64,000 bases of DNA from an uncultured delta proteobacterium (GCA_963743305.1 CAVUPH010000013.1:160001-224000), one strand, 5' to 3'. Positions 47,817 through 57,694 are shown, counted from the stretch's first letter. Numbers and translations: made by a program. The notes: generated by a model not told the origin, from the sequence alone.

Positions 47817-48947
47817 TTAAAACAGTCGATCCATCCGGAAATACTGCAATAAGCCGATAAAGGCCGAGGAACTCAACGGGTCCCCCTTCATCCCGAACAG
47901 GTGCCCCGGGCAGGCGCAATCCGAGGCGCCGAAGCCGATAATATCCCAGTCGGCGATGGCCCGCATCCGTTCGGCTATCTGACATTCCAGATCTTCCGAG
48001 GAACGGACCGGCAGGGCGGCGATGTATTCCGTTTCCTCCCGCAGGTAATCGATATGCCAAAAATTGTTTTTCCTCAAGCGGCGATGTCTTTCCATTCGCT
48101 GGGTCAGATTTTTCATGGCCGAGCCGACATAGACGTAGTAACCGGCCGGGAACGTTTGCCGATTTTCCCGGCGGCCGAATTCCAGATTCCTTTTGCGGTT
48201 GAGCTTCAGAATCAGCAGGTAGCTTCCCCGGTCCCGAGCCTCCCTATGAATCAGCTCCCAGGGGATTTCCAATCGCTTGACCCGTTCGCCGAGAGAAAAA
48301 TCCGGTTTCCACTCCACCGCCAGCGCGATGATTTCCACCCGGTTTCGACAGGCCAGAAAGGTTTGGGCGAAAAACAGATCCGTGTGATAATCGGGGAGGA
48401 AGAAATCCGCCTTCAGCCAGTGGACGATGAACAGTACGGCGGTCTTCCGTCCGCGGTCGCTCAATTCGGTCAATTCCCGCAAATGCCGGGTCCCACGCTC
48501 CGTGACCGCGTCCGGGAACATGGCTGTTCTCTCCCCGAACAGCGTGCAGGACTTCACCTCGACCAGCCATTCATTTTTCCGGCGTTCCACCAGGAGATCG
48601 AAACGGGAATGATCGATGCGAATCTCCCGGCCGATCACCCGGGCCCCTTCCCAGCCGGGGACCTTTCCTTGATCGATCAAGTGGCCGGCCACCTCGTTGG
48701 TCCGGTGGGTGTGGAGGAAGATCGGAACCCCCTCCCGTTCCACCGCCAACACGGTAAAGGCGTTTTTTCGGGTAGGGGAGGGCGGTTCTTTGGCAATATA
48801 CACGGTGACCCCCGGCAACAGGAGCTCCTGGAGCCGACCGGGATTGGGCAGAAAGGCCTGGATGATACTTGCCCCCAGGCGGCAGCGGATTAGAAAACGG
48901 TTAGGCCGGTCGATGAATTGGGCTGGTAGAGGAGTGGCGGGGGGCAT
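47817..48947 (-). CDS. sfsA: DNA/RNA nuclease SfsA fused to a DUF123 (GIY-YIG-like) domain
   Basis: FIDRPNRF, PNPGRLQEL, SRFDLL, VEVKSCTL, FPDAVTERGTRHL; then GSYLL, GYYVYVGSA, WHIDYL, GFGASDCAC..HLF. Confidence 0.9.
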   Translation of the reverse strand: MPPATPLPAQFIDRPNRFLIRCRLGASIIQAFLPNPGRLQELLLPGVTVYIAKEPPSPTRKNAFTVLAVEREGVPIFLHTHRTNEVAGHLIDQGKVPGWEGARVIGREIRIDHSRFDLLVERRKNEWLVEVKSCTLFGERTAMFPDAVTERGTRHLRELTELSDRGRKTAVLFIVHWLKADFFLPDYHTDLFFAQTFLACRNRVEIIALAVEWKPDFSLGERVKRLEIPWELIHREARDRGSYLLILKLNRKRNLEFGRRENRQTFPAGYYVYVGSAMKNLTQRMERHRRLRKNNFWHIDYLREETEYIAALPVRSSEDLECQIAERMRAIADWDIIGFGASDCACPGHLFGMKGDPLSSSAFIGLLQYFRMDRLF

Positions 48948-48973
48948 CGGACGGATCTATCGGATCGGACCGA

Positions 48974-49747
48974 TCAGTCCAGGGGAAGGGTTCCCCGGCA
49001 ATTCGGGTAACCTGAACAGCCTAAAAATTGGGAACCGGCCTGTTTACCCTGTCGGGCGGTACGCACCACCAGGGATTTGCCGCAAAGCGGGCAAAGGGGA
49101 AGGTTTTTCTTCGGCCGATCTTGCCGCCGTCTTTCCTCGATCCGCGCCGCCGCCAGACGTTCGCTATAGCCGCCATCCCGAATGAACTGCCGCTCCAGTC
49201 CGGCGATCTGCCGGTCCAGCAGGTAGTTGGTCTGGTGGATCAGGCAAATGACGGCGTTGGCGATCACTCCCGGGTCGCTGTGCTTGAGCCATGGGGAGTA
49301 TAGGGCTTCATCGGACGGATCGGTCGGATCCGACCGATCCGTCCGATGCCTCTTCCCTACCTCACGGACCGTTATCGCCTCCGGATCATCCTTCCCCCAT
49401 TGCTCCAGACTGCGCTGTCGCAGGAAATCTTCGTAATCTAGTAAGAGCTCATCCAGGCTGGCCCGGGCGACATTTACCAGGCGCAGTTCGGTCTGGGTCG
49501 AGGTCGCCGAGGCGCGGCTGCCTTCTGCAATATTCTGCCTTCCGCTACGAGCGGCCTGCACCATCTGGTCGACCGTGCGCGAGCGCTTATCCAGAAAACG
49601 GGCGCAAAACGACACCGTGGCGTCATAGATTAGCGTTGCGGCTTGGAAGGAACGCAATTGGCGATAGCCGCCGCTGGGGCGTATCCTATTAGAATTAGAA
49701 ATTACGCGGGACTTGTCGAACCCGTTCTTTTGTGTTGGCCTATCCAT
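48974..49747 (-). CDS. Four-helix-bundle suffix domain protein with topoisomerase-type C4 zinc ribbon
   Basis: GGYRQL.SF, RTVDQMVQAARSGRQNIAEGS, VARASLDELLLDYEDFLR, GGYSERL; CPLCG..FLGCSGYPNC. Confidence 0.88.
   Translation of the reverse strand: MDRPTQKNGFDKSRVISNSNRIRPSGGYRQLRSFQAATLIYDATVSFCARFLDKRSRTVDQMVQAARSGRQNIAEGSRASATSTQTELRLVNVARASLDELLLDYEDFLRQRSLEQWGKDDPEAITVREVGKRHRTDRSDPTDPSDEALYSPWLKHSDPGVIANAVICLIHQTNYLLDRQIAGLERQFIRDGGYSERLAAARIEERRRQDRPKKNLPLCPLCGKSLVVRTARQGKQAGSQFLGCSGYPNCRGTLPLD
49309..49348. repeat. Perfect 40-bp palindrome inside the four-helix-bundle gene
   Basis: catcggacggatcggtcgga|tccgaccgatccgtccgatg; degenerate copy (32/36) at 48945-48980. Confidence 0.85.
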
Positions 49748-49757
49748 TTTCAAAATC

Positions 49758-50080
49758 CTACTTGGACTTGGGGACCATCTTGACGGTCTTCAAAATAGGG
49801 CAGCAACAGCAGCTATTTGATAATTTCTGTGTATTCGAGGGCGAAAGTACCAGGCCCGTCTCCTCCGCCAGATCGAGAACGCCCAGGGCCTCCTCGACGC
49901 TAATTTGCCGGCCCCATTTATTGTCTATATGGAAAAGTGCAAATTGGCCGAAACCCAGGCAGGTCTCTATAGGCCGATCACAATCCTTTCCTTCAGCCCG
50001 ATCCCGCTGGGAGTCGCTGGAAATCCGGTCGGCAGGGTATCCAGGAAAATCCTGAGCCTTTCATAAATATCTTTACTCAT
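49758..50080 (-). pseudogene. Internally deleted and truncated 4Fe-4S-binding protein gene
   Basis: MSKDIYERLRIFLDTLPTGFPATPSGI, then in another frame GKDCDRPIETCLGFG...GRQISVEEALGVLDLAEETGLVLSPSN...CCCCPIL-stop; ferredoxin domain missing. Confidence 0.75.
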
Positions 50081-50846
50081 TATATCTTTCTTCCAAAAAT
50101 TCCAAAATGGCCCGGTTGACTTCTTCGGGCTTTTCAATCGGCGCCAGGTGGCCGGCTTCCGGAATAGTAACCCAGCGGGACCCGGGGATATGTTCCGCCA
50201 AGTACTTCCCGTATTTCGGTGGAGTAAGCAGGTCATCTTCACCCGAGATTACTAAAACCTTGGCCTTGATTTCAGGGAGGCGCTCCCGTATGTCGAAACG
50301 GTCGCAGGCCTGAAAATCCCCGAAAGCCACCGCCGGGAGGCATTTGAGATTGTCCTCCAGGATCGGTTGAATGAGCGCCGGGTCGGTTTTGGGAGAAACG
50401 GCGAACTGTTTACTCGAGGCGACGAAAGACGGAAAATCTTTTTGAATGGACTCAAAGATCAGCGGCCTAACTTTCAGTTTGGCGCCCGTGCAAAGAAGCA
50501 TCCCGGCCGAAAAGTACTCCGGATAGTCCAAAAGAAGCTGCAAGGTGATGGCGCCGCCCAGACTCAATCCGGAGGGGATCGGCCCCGGAACTCTTAAATG
50601 GTTTAGAAAGTCTCTGACGGCCTCGGTATAATCGGTTACGGTTGTGGAGCCGCTTCCCGGACTTCGTCCATGCCCAGGCAGATCCAGGGCCAACACGTTA
50701 ACCCGTTCCCTCAGCCCCTTCATTTGATTGTCCCAAAGGACGTTGGAACCCCCGGAACCATGAATAAAAACCAGCGTTGATTTTTGGGGATCCAACGGCC
50801 ATGCGCCGGCCTTAAAGGCCAGGTCCGCTTCGAAACGATATTCCAT
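50073..50846 (-). CDS. Alpha/beta hydrolase
   Basis: FIHGSGG, LDLPGHG, GLSLGG nucleophile elbow, GEDDLLTP, AGH. Confidence 0.92.
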   Translation of the reverse strand: MEYRFEADLAFKAGAWPLDPQKSTLVFIHGSGGSNVLWDNQMKGLRERVNVLALDLPGHGRSPGSGSTTVTDYTEAVRDFLNHLRVPGPIPSGLSLGGAITLQLLLDYPEYFSAGMLLCTGAKLKVRPLIFESIQKDFPSFVASSKQFAVSPKTDPALIQPILEDNLKCLPAVAFGDFQACDRFDIRERLPEIKAKVLVISGEDDLLTPPKYGKYLAEHIPGSRWVTIPEAGHLAPIEKPEEVNRAILEFLEERYNE

Positions 50847-50872
50847 AATTTACCTGTTCGGGCCCTAGCGGG

Positions 50873-51400
50873 TCAGGGTTTAGGAATGATAACCGGCTGA
50901 TTGGATTCCAGCCTTTGCTGAAACTCTTTCCAAAAAGATTCATCCGCTTTCTGCCAGCCGGCCCCGAAACGGGTGTTGAAAAATCCTCCCAACTTTTCAA
51001 AAAGGCGTTTCCAACCGGGGGCTGATTCGTAGCGGAGCACGTCTTCCAGGAAGGGGACAATTTCACTGAGTTTTTCCTTGGGCACATAGGCCCGGGCGCC
51101 CATTTCGATGGAACGCTTTATGGCTTCGGGAGACAAGGCATGGGCGGTAAGCATAGCCACTGGAAATTTCCGGCTCACGGCCGTTTGAAGCAGATCAAAG
51201 CCCCGGACACCCATGATGTCCAGGACCACCAGATCATAGGTGTAGGATAGCAGATGGTCGATGGCCGATTCATAGGTGCTCGCCTGATGGAGGTTGCAGC
51301 CCCCACAGACTTCCGTGATCTCTTCTTGTAAAACCTCTAAAACGTCCGGTTCATCATCCACCGTCAAAATCATTTTCCCTTTTAAAATCGATTCTTGCAT
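50873..51400 (-). CDS. Single-domain response regulator with short helical tail
   Basis: ILTVDDEPD, DLVVLDIMGVRG, MLTAH, YVPK. Confidence 0.9.
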   Translation of the reverse strand: MQESILKGKMILTVDDEPDVLEVLQEEITEVCGGCNLHQASTYESAIDHLLSYTYDLVVLDIMGVRGFDLLQTAVSRKFPVAMLTAHALSPEAIKRSIEMGARAYVPKEKLSEIVPFLEDVLRYESAPGWKRLFEKLGGFFNTRFGAGWQKADESFWKEFQQRLESNQPVIIPKP

Positions 51401-51573
51401 TGGAATATCCTTTGGTCGTGTTTAATTTGTATAAAAAATCCTTTTGCACTTTTAATCGCTCATTATAATGCTCATCTCCTATCCGGACAACTGGAAAAGT
51501 GTGAACACGAATTTATCCGGCGAACGGAGTTGCTTTGTGGTATAATCGCCTCAGAAAAAATAGAGAGGTCGTT

Positions 51574-51933
51574 ATGGAATGCGCACGTTGTCAAGACCCC
51601 ATCGAATCCGGGGAGGAGAGGGAATACGCCGGCCGGGTCCTCTGTGAAGACTGCTACATGGATGCCCTGTCGCCGGCCAAGACTTGCGATCCCTGGGCGG
51701 TGCACAGCGCCAAATCATTTGCCCAGGCCGGGGGGGCCGCACCGGTCCTCAGTCCCTTGCAAAAACAAATTGTGGAATACTTACAGGAGACCGGCGGCGT
51801 TGAACCTCGGCAGATTTCCGAACGGTTTCAGATCAAGCCGGCCGACCTGGAGCGGGAAATCGCCTCCTTGCGGCATATGGAGAAGATCCGGGGAGAGCTG
51901 CGGGAAGGGCGGAAGATCATCAAGCCCTGGTAG
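51574..51933 (+). CDS. Zinc-finger + winged-helix hypothetical protein
   Basis: CARC...LCEDCY, CDPWAV, C-terminal HTH-like segment; GAGG RBS. Confidence 0.75.
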   Translation: MECARCQDPIESGEEREYAGRVLCEDCYMDALSPAKTCDPWAVHSAKSFAQAGGAAPVLSPLQKQIVEYLQETGGVEPRQISERFQIKPADLEREIASLRHMEKIRGELREGRKIIKPW

Positions 51934-52828
51934 CTAATTTTTGGGCCAGGTGGCGCACCCGGGCCTCCAGGTTGATTCGGTAGGCCGGCTCCGGCTGTTT
52001 GGGTTCAGGCCGGGAGTCATATTCGTCGGCTTTGATCCGTTCGACTACCCGCCGGATATCCCCGTCCTCCCTGGTCAGCAGATCAACTACTTGATTTTTG
52101 AATTGAGGAGCCGTCCGGAGCGACCGTTTAAAATAATCCGCCACCTCCGACCCGGTGTAAACCAGGCGGTGGCCTTGGCAAAGAGTGTCCACCTCGAGGG
52201 CCGCCAGCCGGGTCAGGGATTTTAAATAGACCTCATAGTCCACTAAAAACTCGGTGACCACATACCCCGTGGTATCGGCGCAGCCCACCGCTTCGGAAGC
52301 AATCAGGATCTTTCGTTCCGGGATGTAGTAGCTCAGAAAATCCCAGGTATGCCCTGGCGTGGCCATCACCTGGACGGAAAGCCCCGGCCCCAGTTCTATC
52401 CGTTCTCCATCCACCAGGACCCGATCCACCTCGAAGGGCTGAAAGGGTTCGCCCAGGCGCAGTTCCGGTTTCCAGCGGTTGACCGTGTCCGCCGCCGAAT
52501 CATTTAAGTCGGCCATCAGCTTCCGGGCGTTAGGGCGGCGGACAATCTCGGCCGCCCGTTGGGAAGCGGCAATGAGCAACCCGGGGAAGGCTTTTTTTAG
52601 ATAAGCCGCGGCCCCGCAGTGGTCGAAGTGGACATGGGTCAGAAAAAGGATTTCCGGGTTTCTGTTCCCCAGGGTTGCTTTGACGGCCCGTTCATAAAGA
52701 GGGCCGAAGACGCTGAAACCGGCGTCGAACAGAACCGGCCGGTCGCCGTCCAGGAGATAGGTAGGGACCTCGCTGGCCCCGATGACGTAAAAACCCGGGA
52801 CAACCTCACCGGTCGTGTCGATAATCAA
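51920..52828 (-). CDS. MBL-fold metallo-hydrolase
   Basis: LTHVHFDHCG, TPGHT, CQGH. Confidence 0.9.
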   Translation of the reverse strand: MIIDTTGEVVPGFYVIGASEVPTYLLDGDRPVLFDAGFSVFGPLYERAVKATLGNRNPEILFLTHVHFDHCGAAAYLKKAFPGLLIAASQRAAEIVRRPNARKLMADLNDSAADTVNRWKPELRLGEPFQPFEVDRVLVDGERIELGPGLSVQVMATPGHTWDFLSYYIPERKILIASEAVGCADTTGYVVTEFLVDYEVYLKSLTRLAALEVDTLCQGHRLVYTGSEVADYFKRSLRTAPQFKNQVVDLLTREDGDIRRVVERIKADEYDSRPEPKQPEPAYRINLEARVRHLAQKLATRA

Positions 52829-52863
52829 GAAAAGCCTTTCTTAGGTTAAAACAGATAGGCACC

Positions 52864-52912
52864 TGTTCGTCTCGGTAGTCGCGCTCTGCGCCCAGCGCTT
52901 CGCGCTTCGCGT
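52864..52912. repeat. Short (C)GCGCTT-type tandem repeat tract
   Basis: cgcgctctgcgcccagcgcttcgcgcttcgcg; a related reverse-orientation tract overlaps the livH stop (about 40643-40677). Confidence 0.4.
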
Positions 52913-53404
52913 TACCCCACCGGGTCTTTAATCGTGAAGTAGCGGTTGGACATCCAGGCCAGGGGAACGGCTTTTTCATCCACCCGGTAATCGACCGCCT
53001 CGGCCAAATACATGACATATTTCCCGACCGGATAGGAGGTGACCACCCGGCATTCGAGAAAGGCGTAAGAACCCTTGATGCCCGGCGAGGCGATGACTCT
53101 TGATTTCTCCAGGCCGATTTTAAACTTGGCGAATTTATCGACCCGGTTGCCATGCGTCGCACCCAGGGCCTTGGCCAGTTTGACCTGGCCGGCGGAGGCG
53201 ATATTCAGGACAAATTCCGCTGACTCTTCGATCAACTGATAGGTGGTGGAGGACTTGGCCACGCTGACCACAAAATAGGCCGGGTCCTCGGAAACGAACA
53301 TGCAGGTTGCGGTCATGGCATCCTTTTTTCTTTTTGCCGGCAACACTCAGCAGCACCACCGAACAGGGAACCCAACGGGCGACATTAGTCATTTTTTTTT
53401 CCAT
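52912..53404 (-). CDS. Flavin reductase-like protein, frameshifted in an A-run near 53325-53336
   Basis: VPCSVVLLSVA in one frame, DAMTAT...SEDP...FVLNI...VDKF...AFLECRV in the next; GAGG RBS before 53404. Confidence 0.8.
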
Positions 53405-53414
53405 AGCGGACCTC

Positions 53415-54304
53415 CTATTTTATTAAGCAATACCTGTCTGCATCTTGAACGATCCGTTCTTTTTTTGCAAGCCAATCCAGATGCTTTTTCATAATGGCCC
53501 TTTCCCCGAACTCGAAAAAGGCCCGGGGTTCTCTTGGTTTCCCGTAGACGATCGAGGCGCCCACGATTTCATCCATCGTTTGGGGGGAGGCCAAAAGGTT
53601 TAATAGTTTGCCTTCCCGCTCGTAGATAATATTTTCATAGCTGCTCCCAGAGTGATCCCGGTGAGTGGGTGAACAGGCCGGTTTCGTGACCGGTCAGCCA
53701 AACATCGGCGGAAAGGCCTTTCAGGCGGTTGATGGATTCGATGGTCTGATCGATGTCGGAATACAAATCTCCATACCAGGGACCGAAGGCCGTGAGGTCG
53801 TAATCGCCCATAAAGAGGATTTTAGGTTCCCGGAAATAGAAGGCCAGGTGACCGGGGGTATGGCCCGGGAGTGGGGAGGACTTCGACGGTCAAGGAACCC
53901 AGATCGATGATTTCTCCATCCACAAAATAACCGGCCGGTGTTCGGACTTGATAATGAAACTGTTCTCTCAACATGGCCGCCCAGAAAGCCCGGTATTCAG
54001 GGTTTTTCAGGTCGTACCAGTCCAGGAAGGTTTCGAGGTCCGTCAGCGGAGGGAGGTCCCGCTCGGAGATGCGGAAGGGCACGTCCTCGAAAAGGTCCAG
54101 ATGCATAAAGTGGTCTTCATGCCAGTGGCTGAGCCAGATTTGGCGGACGGGCCTGGTATCCCGCAGCTCAATCAGGGCTTTTCGATCCGAGCCCGGGTCG
54201 ATCAGGATCCCGGCTTCTTCGATATAGACCGAGTTGCAATAGGGATAACGTCCCCGGTTTTCACCTGGAATAAATCGAAGGGGTCCTACTGGTTGACCAG
54301 TCAT
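53415..54304 (-). pseudogene. MBL-fold metallo-hydrolase with three apparent frameshifts (about 53866, 53643, 53463)
   Basis: GRYPYCNS, LSHWHEDH, then TPG/HTPGHLAF, GDYDLTAFGPWYGD, LTGHE, IVYGKPREP..FEFGE..MKKHL in successive frames. Confidence 0.75.
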
Positions 54305-54336
54305 CACGCGGTTATGTTCCTTTGGTTGCTTCCGCA

Positions 54337-55182
54337 TTAAAGCGCACCGCGGTAATAGGCCAATTGGCGGGCATAGGGGGCAAAGCGGTGAATCAAGTTT
54401 TCCTGTTCACTCGGAGAAAGGGGCTCGAAATCCCGACCGACAGCAGCCAGGGTCTGGACCTCGGCCGGAGTGGAACAACCGACGATGGCCACGGTGATAT
54501 TCTGGGAGAGGGCATAACGGATCAATTCCTCGGCGCTGACCTCCAGACCGGGCTGGAGATAATACCCGGCCCCCAGGACTTTCATGCCGATTACGGCCAG
54601 CCCTTTCTTCCGGGCGGCGGCCAGGGTCGAATCCAGAAAGCCGCCCAGAACCCCCTCCACCGGATTGACCGGCAGCAGGACCGCGTCCACCGGCCAGTTG
54701 CTGACGGCCCGGGTCAGAACGGAGGGATCGTGGTGGCCGGTGACGCCGATGAAGCGGATCAACCCTTGAGCCCGGGCCTCCAGGAAAGCCTCCAAAGCCC
54801 CGCCCGGAGATTCAATTTGTTTTAAATCCTCCTCGGTCCGGACATCGTGGATCTGCCAGAGATCCAGGTAGGAGGTCCCCAGATTGGACAGGGTTTGCTG
54901 CAAATCCTGCCAAGCCCCCTTTCTATCCCGGCTGGCTGATTTGCTGGTTTGAAATACTTTCTCCCGAACCTGAGGGAGGCTTGGCCAGACGGTCCCATAG
55001 TACTTTTCGCTCCCGGCATAGGCCCGGGCCGAGTCAAAATAGGTGATCCCCTGGTCCAAGGCCTCCCGAATCACGGCCTGAGCCTGCGGAGTCCGGCCGT
55101 GGGTCCGGAGGACCCCCTCGCCGCCCAACCCTACCCGGGTTACGGTCTGGCCGGTTTTCCCAAAAAGACTGGTCAGCGTCAT
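54337..55182 (-). CDS. Aldo/keto reductase
   Basis: FGKTG..VTRVGLGG, GITYFDSARAY..SE, YLDLWQIHD, RFIGVTGH, IGMKVLG. Confidence 0.92.
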   Translation of the reverse strand: MTLTSLFGKTGQTVTRVGLGGEGVLRTHGRTPQAQAVIREALDQGITYFDSARAYAGSEKYYGTVWPSLPQVREKVFQTSKSASRDRKGAWQDLQQTLSNLGTSYLDLWQIHDVRTEEDLKQIESPGGALEAFLEARAQGLIRFIGVTGHHDPSVLTRAVSNWPVDAVLLPVNPVEGVLGGFLDSTLAAARKKGLAVIGMKVLGAGYYLQPGLEVSAEELIRYALSQNITVAIVGCSTPAEVQTLAAVGRDFEPLSPSEQENLIHRFAPYARQLAYYRGAL

Positions 55183-55183
55183 A

Positions 55184-55344
55184 TTTGATGACCTCGCAAA
55201 AAGTCCAAAAACGACTTTCTGCTCGGCGGGAGAGGGTTTCCCCTCCCCCGCCATTTGAAGTGAATTCAAATGGTACCACCCCTACCCCAGCCCGGCACTT
55301 AATCGTGCGCGGGCTGCTGACGGACTTCTGGCGAGTCCGTCATA
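55184..55344. mobile_element. MITE-like element with imperfect terminal inverted repeats and internal REP hairpin
   Basis: tttgatgacctcgcaaaaagtcc / ggacttctggcgagtccgtcata (17/23); internal ggcgggagaggg-tttc-ccctcccccgcc and atttgaa-gtgaa-ttcaaat. Confidence 0.65.
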
Positions 55345-55353
55345 ATTTGCTTT

Positions 55354-55758
55354 TTACTTTTCTGAACCGGGCAAATCAGAGAGATCCACATCCCGGGCAT
55401 CCGTCAAACTTTGTCCGGTTTTTTCATATTCTTCGGCGTCCGGTCGGCAGAGTCGGGTCCAAGGTAGGGCCTGCAACCGCTTGAGCGGGATGGATTGGCC
55501 GCATTCCTCGCAAAGTCCGTACTTGCCGACCTCCATTTTTCTGAGAGCCAATTCAAGGGCTTCGATTTCTCCCCGCTCCCGCGAACCCAGTTGATTAAAA
55601 AGATCGGCCCGTTCGGCCTTCTGGGCCTGTTCTTCCATTTCAACTTGAGGTTCCTGTAAATCCTGCAGTCCGGATTCCAAACCGCGTACCTGATCGAAAA
55701 TTTCCTTGCGTCTCAATAAGAGTTGGTTCCGCAAGCGGGACAGGTCTTGCTCATTCAT
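55354..55758 (-). CDS. TraR/DksA C4 zinc-finger protein
   Basis: ALRKMEVGKYGLCEECGQSIPLKRLQALPWTRLC; last Cys replaced by Asp. Confidence 0.88.
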   Translation of the reverse strand: MNEQDLSRLRNQLLLRRKEIFDQVRGLESGLQDLQEPQVEMEEQAQKAERADLFNQLGSRERGEIEALELALRKMEVGKYGLCEECGQSIPLKRLQALPWTRLCRPDAEEYEKTGQSLTDARDVDLSDLPGSEK

Positions 55759-55866
55759 GGTCGCCCTCCGTAAATTTTTATTGAAAAGAACCGCTAGAGA
55801 GATTTAATATCAAACTTACCAAAGTCTAACCGGGTAGTCAATAAAACGCGCTGGGGGGATGAGAAC

Positions 55867-56706
55867 ATGGAGGGACTGGACCAAGGAAAATGGATAGGTC
55901 TTCTGAAGGCTCTGGGCCTGGATGAAGAACCTCTGGGGATGGTTTATACCGATCGGAAGCCGGAAAAAGGGTTTTCCCCTCGACCCGGCCTGCTCCCCAG
56001 CGCCGAGGCGGAAGCCCGAGGTGCTATTGACTGGGGATCTTTGTTCACCGATTTTTCCTGCGTCATGGGGAACATCTGGCGGGCCAGAAGACAGAAGACC
56101 GCCGCCTATTTCAGCAGCGACCAATTCGGCTGCCTGGGCGGAGCCTTTTATTTGGGCTATTTAAAACCCCAACTGAATTTTATCGCCCATTATGTTTCCT
56201 CCGGTATTCCGAATCAATTGGAAGGGGAGCATTATCTAGAATCCCCGGAGGTCACCCGAAATTTTTTTGAAACCATCGATCCCCGTCCGGCGCCAGCGGC
56301 CTTTTGTGTTTTTAAACCGCTGAGTGAATTCCTGGATACGGAGCAGCCCGAGGTGGTCACCTTTTTTGCCCGCGGCGAAGTCTTGGGCGGCCTAAACCAA
56401 CTGGCCACCTTCGTGACCAACGATTTTGAGGCCGTATCCTCTCCTTTTGGGGCGGGATGCGCCAACGTGGTCACCTGGCCCCTGCGCTATCTGTCCCAAG
56501 GGAAGCTCAAGGCGGTTTTGGGCGGCTGGGATCCATCGGATCGGAAGTTTTTCAAAGCCGACGAGTTGTCTTTTGCCATGCCCTGGGAGATGTTCCGGCG
56601 CATGGTGGATCGCTGGGAGGAGTCCTTTCTAACCACCAAAACCTGGTCGATAGTGAAGAAAAAAATCGCCCGCAGTCGCAAGGTCTGGGGGGAAGACAAA
56701 GGTTAG
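55867..56706 (+). CDS. DUF169-family protein
   Basis: EPLGMVY, FGCLGG, PEVVTFF, SPFGAGC, GGWDPSDR, ELSFAMP. Confidence 0.8.
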   Translation: MEGLDQGKWIGLLKALGLDEEPLGMVYTDRKPEKGFSPRPGLLPSAEAEARGAIDWGSLFTDFSCVMGNIWRARRQKTAAYFSSDQFGCLGGAFYLGYLKPQLNFIAHYVSSGIPNQLEGEHYLESPEVTRNFFETIDPRPAPAAFCVFKPLSEFLDTEQPEVVTFFARGEVLGGLNQLATFVTNDFEAVSSPFGAGCANVVTWPLRYLSQGKLKAVLGGWDPSDRKFFKADELSFAMPWEMFRRMVDRWEESFLTTKTWSIVKKKIARSRKVWGEDKG

Positions 56707-56757
56707 AAGCAAAAGCTAAAAATGGAAAAATACCCGAAAAACAATTGAGTAAAGCCC

Positions 56758-57687
56758 TTGGCTCCCGCGCTTTATAACGAGTATTCCGCCTACTTGAAAA
56801 AAATGTTCGGCTGCCGGGTGCAGAAGATCCCTCTGGATGCCGGGCTAACCTGTCCGAACCGTGACGGGAGCAAGGGGATCGGAGGATGCCTTTACTGCGA
56901 TGCCCGGGGCTCGGGGACCGGAGCGTCTGCCCGGCTGCCCTCCATAACCGACCAGCTTCGTCAGGGGAAGGATTTTTTTGGAAAACGCTACGGGGCCAAG
57001 AAGTTCATCGCCTATTTTCAGTCCTTTTCCAATACCTACGCCCCGCTGGACCTCCTTGAAAAATTGTATCGGGAGGCCTTGGACCAGGAAGGAGTGGTGG
57101 GCTTGGCCGTGGGGACCCGCCCCGACTGTGTTAACCCGGAGGTCCTGGATCTTCTGTCGTCCTATCAAAAGACGCATTTGGTCTGGATGGAATACGGTCT
57201 TCAATCCTTTCATCCGGAGACGCTGCGACGGATCAATCGGGGCCATACGGGGGAGGAATTCGAACAGGCCGTTTTAGAAACCCGAAAAAGGGGGCTGAAT
57301 CTTTGCGTCCATGTGATTCTGGGACTGCCCGGGGAAGGGCTTCCAGAGGTTCTGGAAACGGCCCGCCGCTTATCCGGGCTGGATATTCAGGGCCTTAAAA
57401 TTCATTCGCTCTACATCAACCAGGGCACGGGGCTGGAGGCCTGGTACCGGGATGGCCGTTATCGGCCGCTGACTCAGGTCCAATATGCGGACTGGGCCTG
57501 CCAATTCTTGGAGCTCATCCCCCCGGACTGGATTATTCAGCGCCTGACCGGGGATCCGAATCCCGGGGAACTGGTGGCGCCAATCTGGGCGCTGGAAAAG
57601 AAAAAAACCCTGGAGCTGATCCGGACCTTGTTAGAGAAAAAAGGGGGGTATCAGGGAATTAGATACAAAACCATCGAAAACGGATAA
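56758..57687 (+). CDS. TIGR01212-family (YhcC/YtqA) radical SAM protein
   Basis: DAGLTCPNRDG...GGCLYC, AYFQSFSNTY, GTRPDC, EYGLQS, INRGH, HVILGLPGE, QRLTGD. Confidence 0.92.
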   Translation: MAPALYNEYSAYLKKMFGCRVQKIPLDAGLTCPNRDGSKGIGGCLYCDARGSGTGASARLPSITDQLRQGKDFFGKRYGAKKFIAYFQSFSNTYAPLDLLEKLYREALDQEGVVGLAVGTRPDCVNPEVLDLLSSYQKTHLVWMEYGLQSFHPETLRRINRGHTGEEFEQAVLETRKRGLNLCVHVILGLPGEGLPEVLETARRLSGLDIQGLKIHSLYINQGTGLEAWYRDGRYRPLTQVQYADWACQFLELIPPDWIIQRLTGDPNPGELVAPIWALEKKKTLELIRTLLEKKGGYQGIRYKTIENG

Positions 57688-57694
57688 GGGTATT

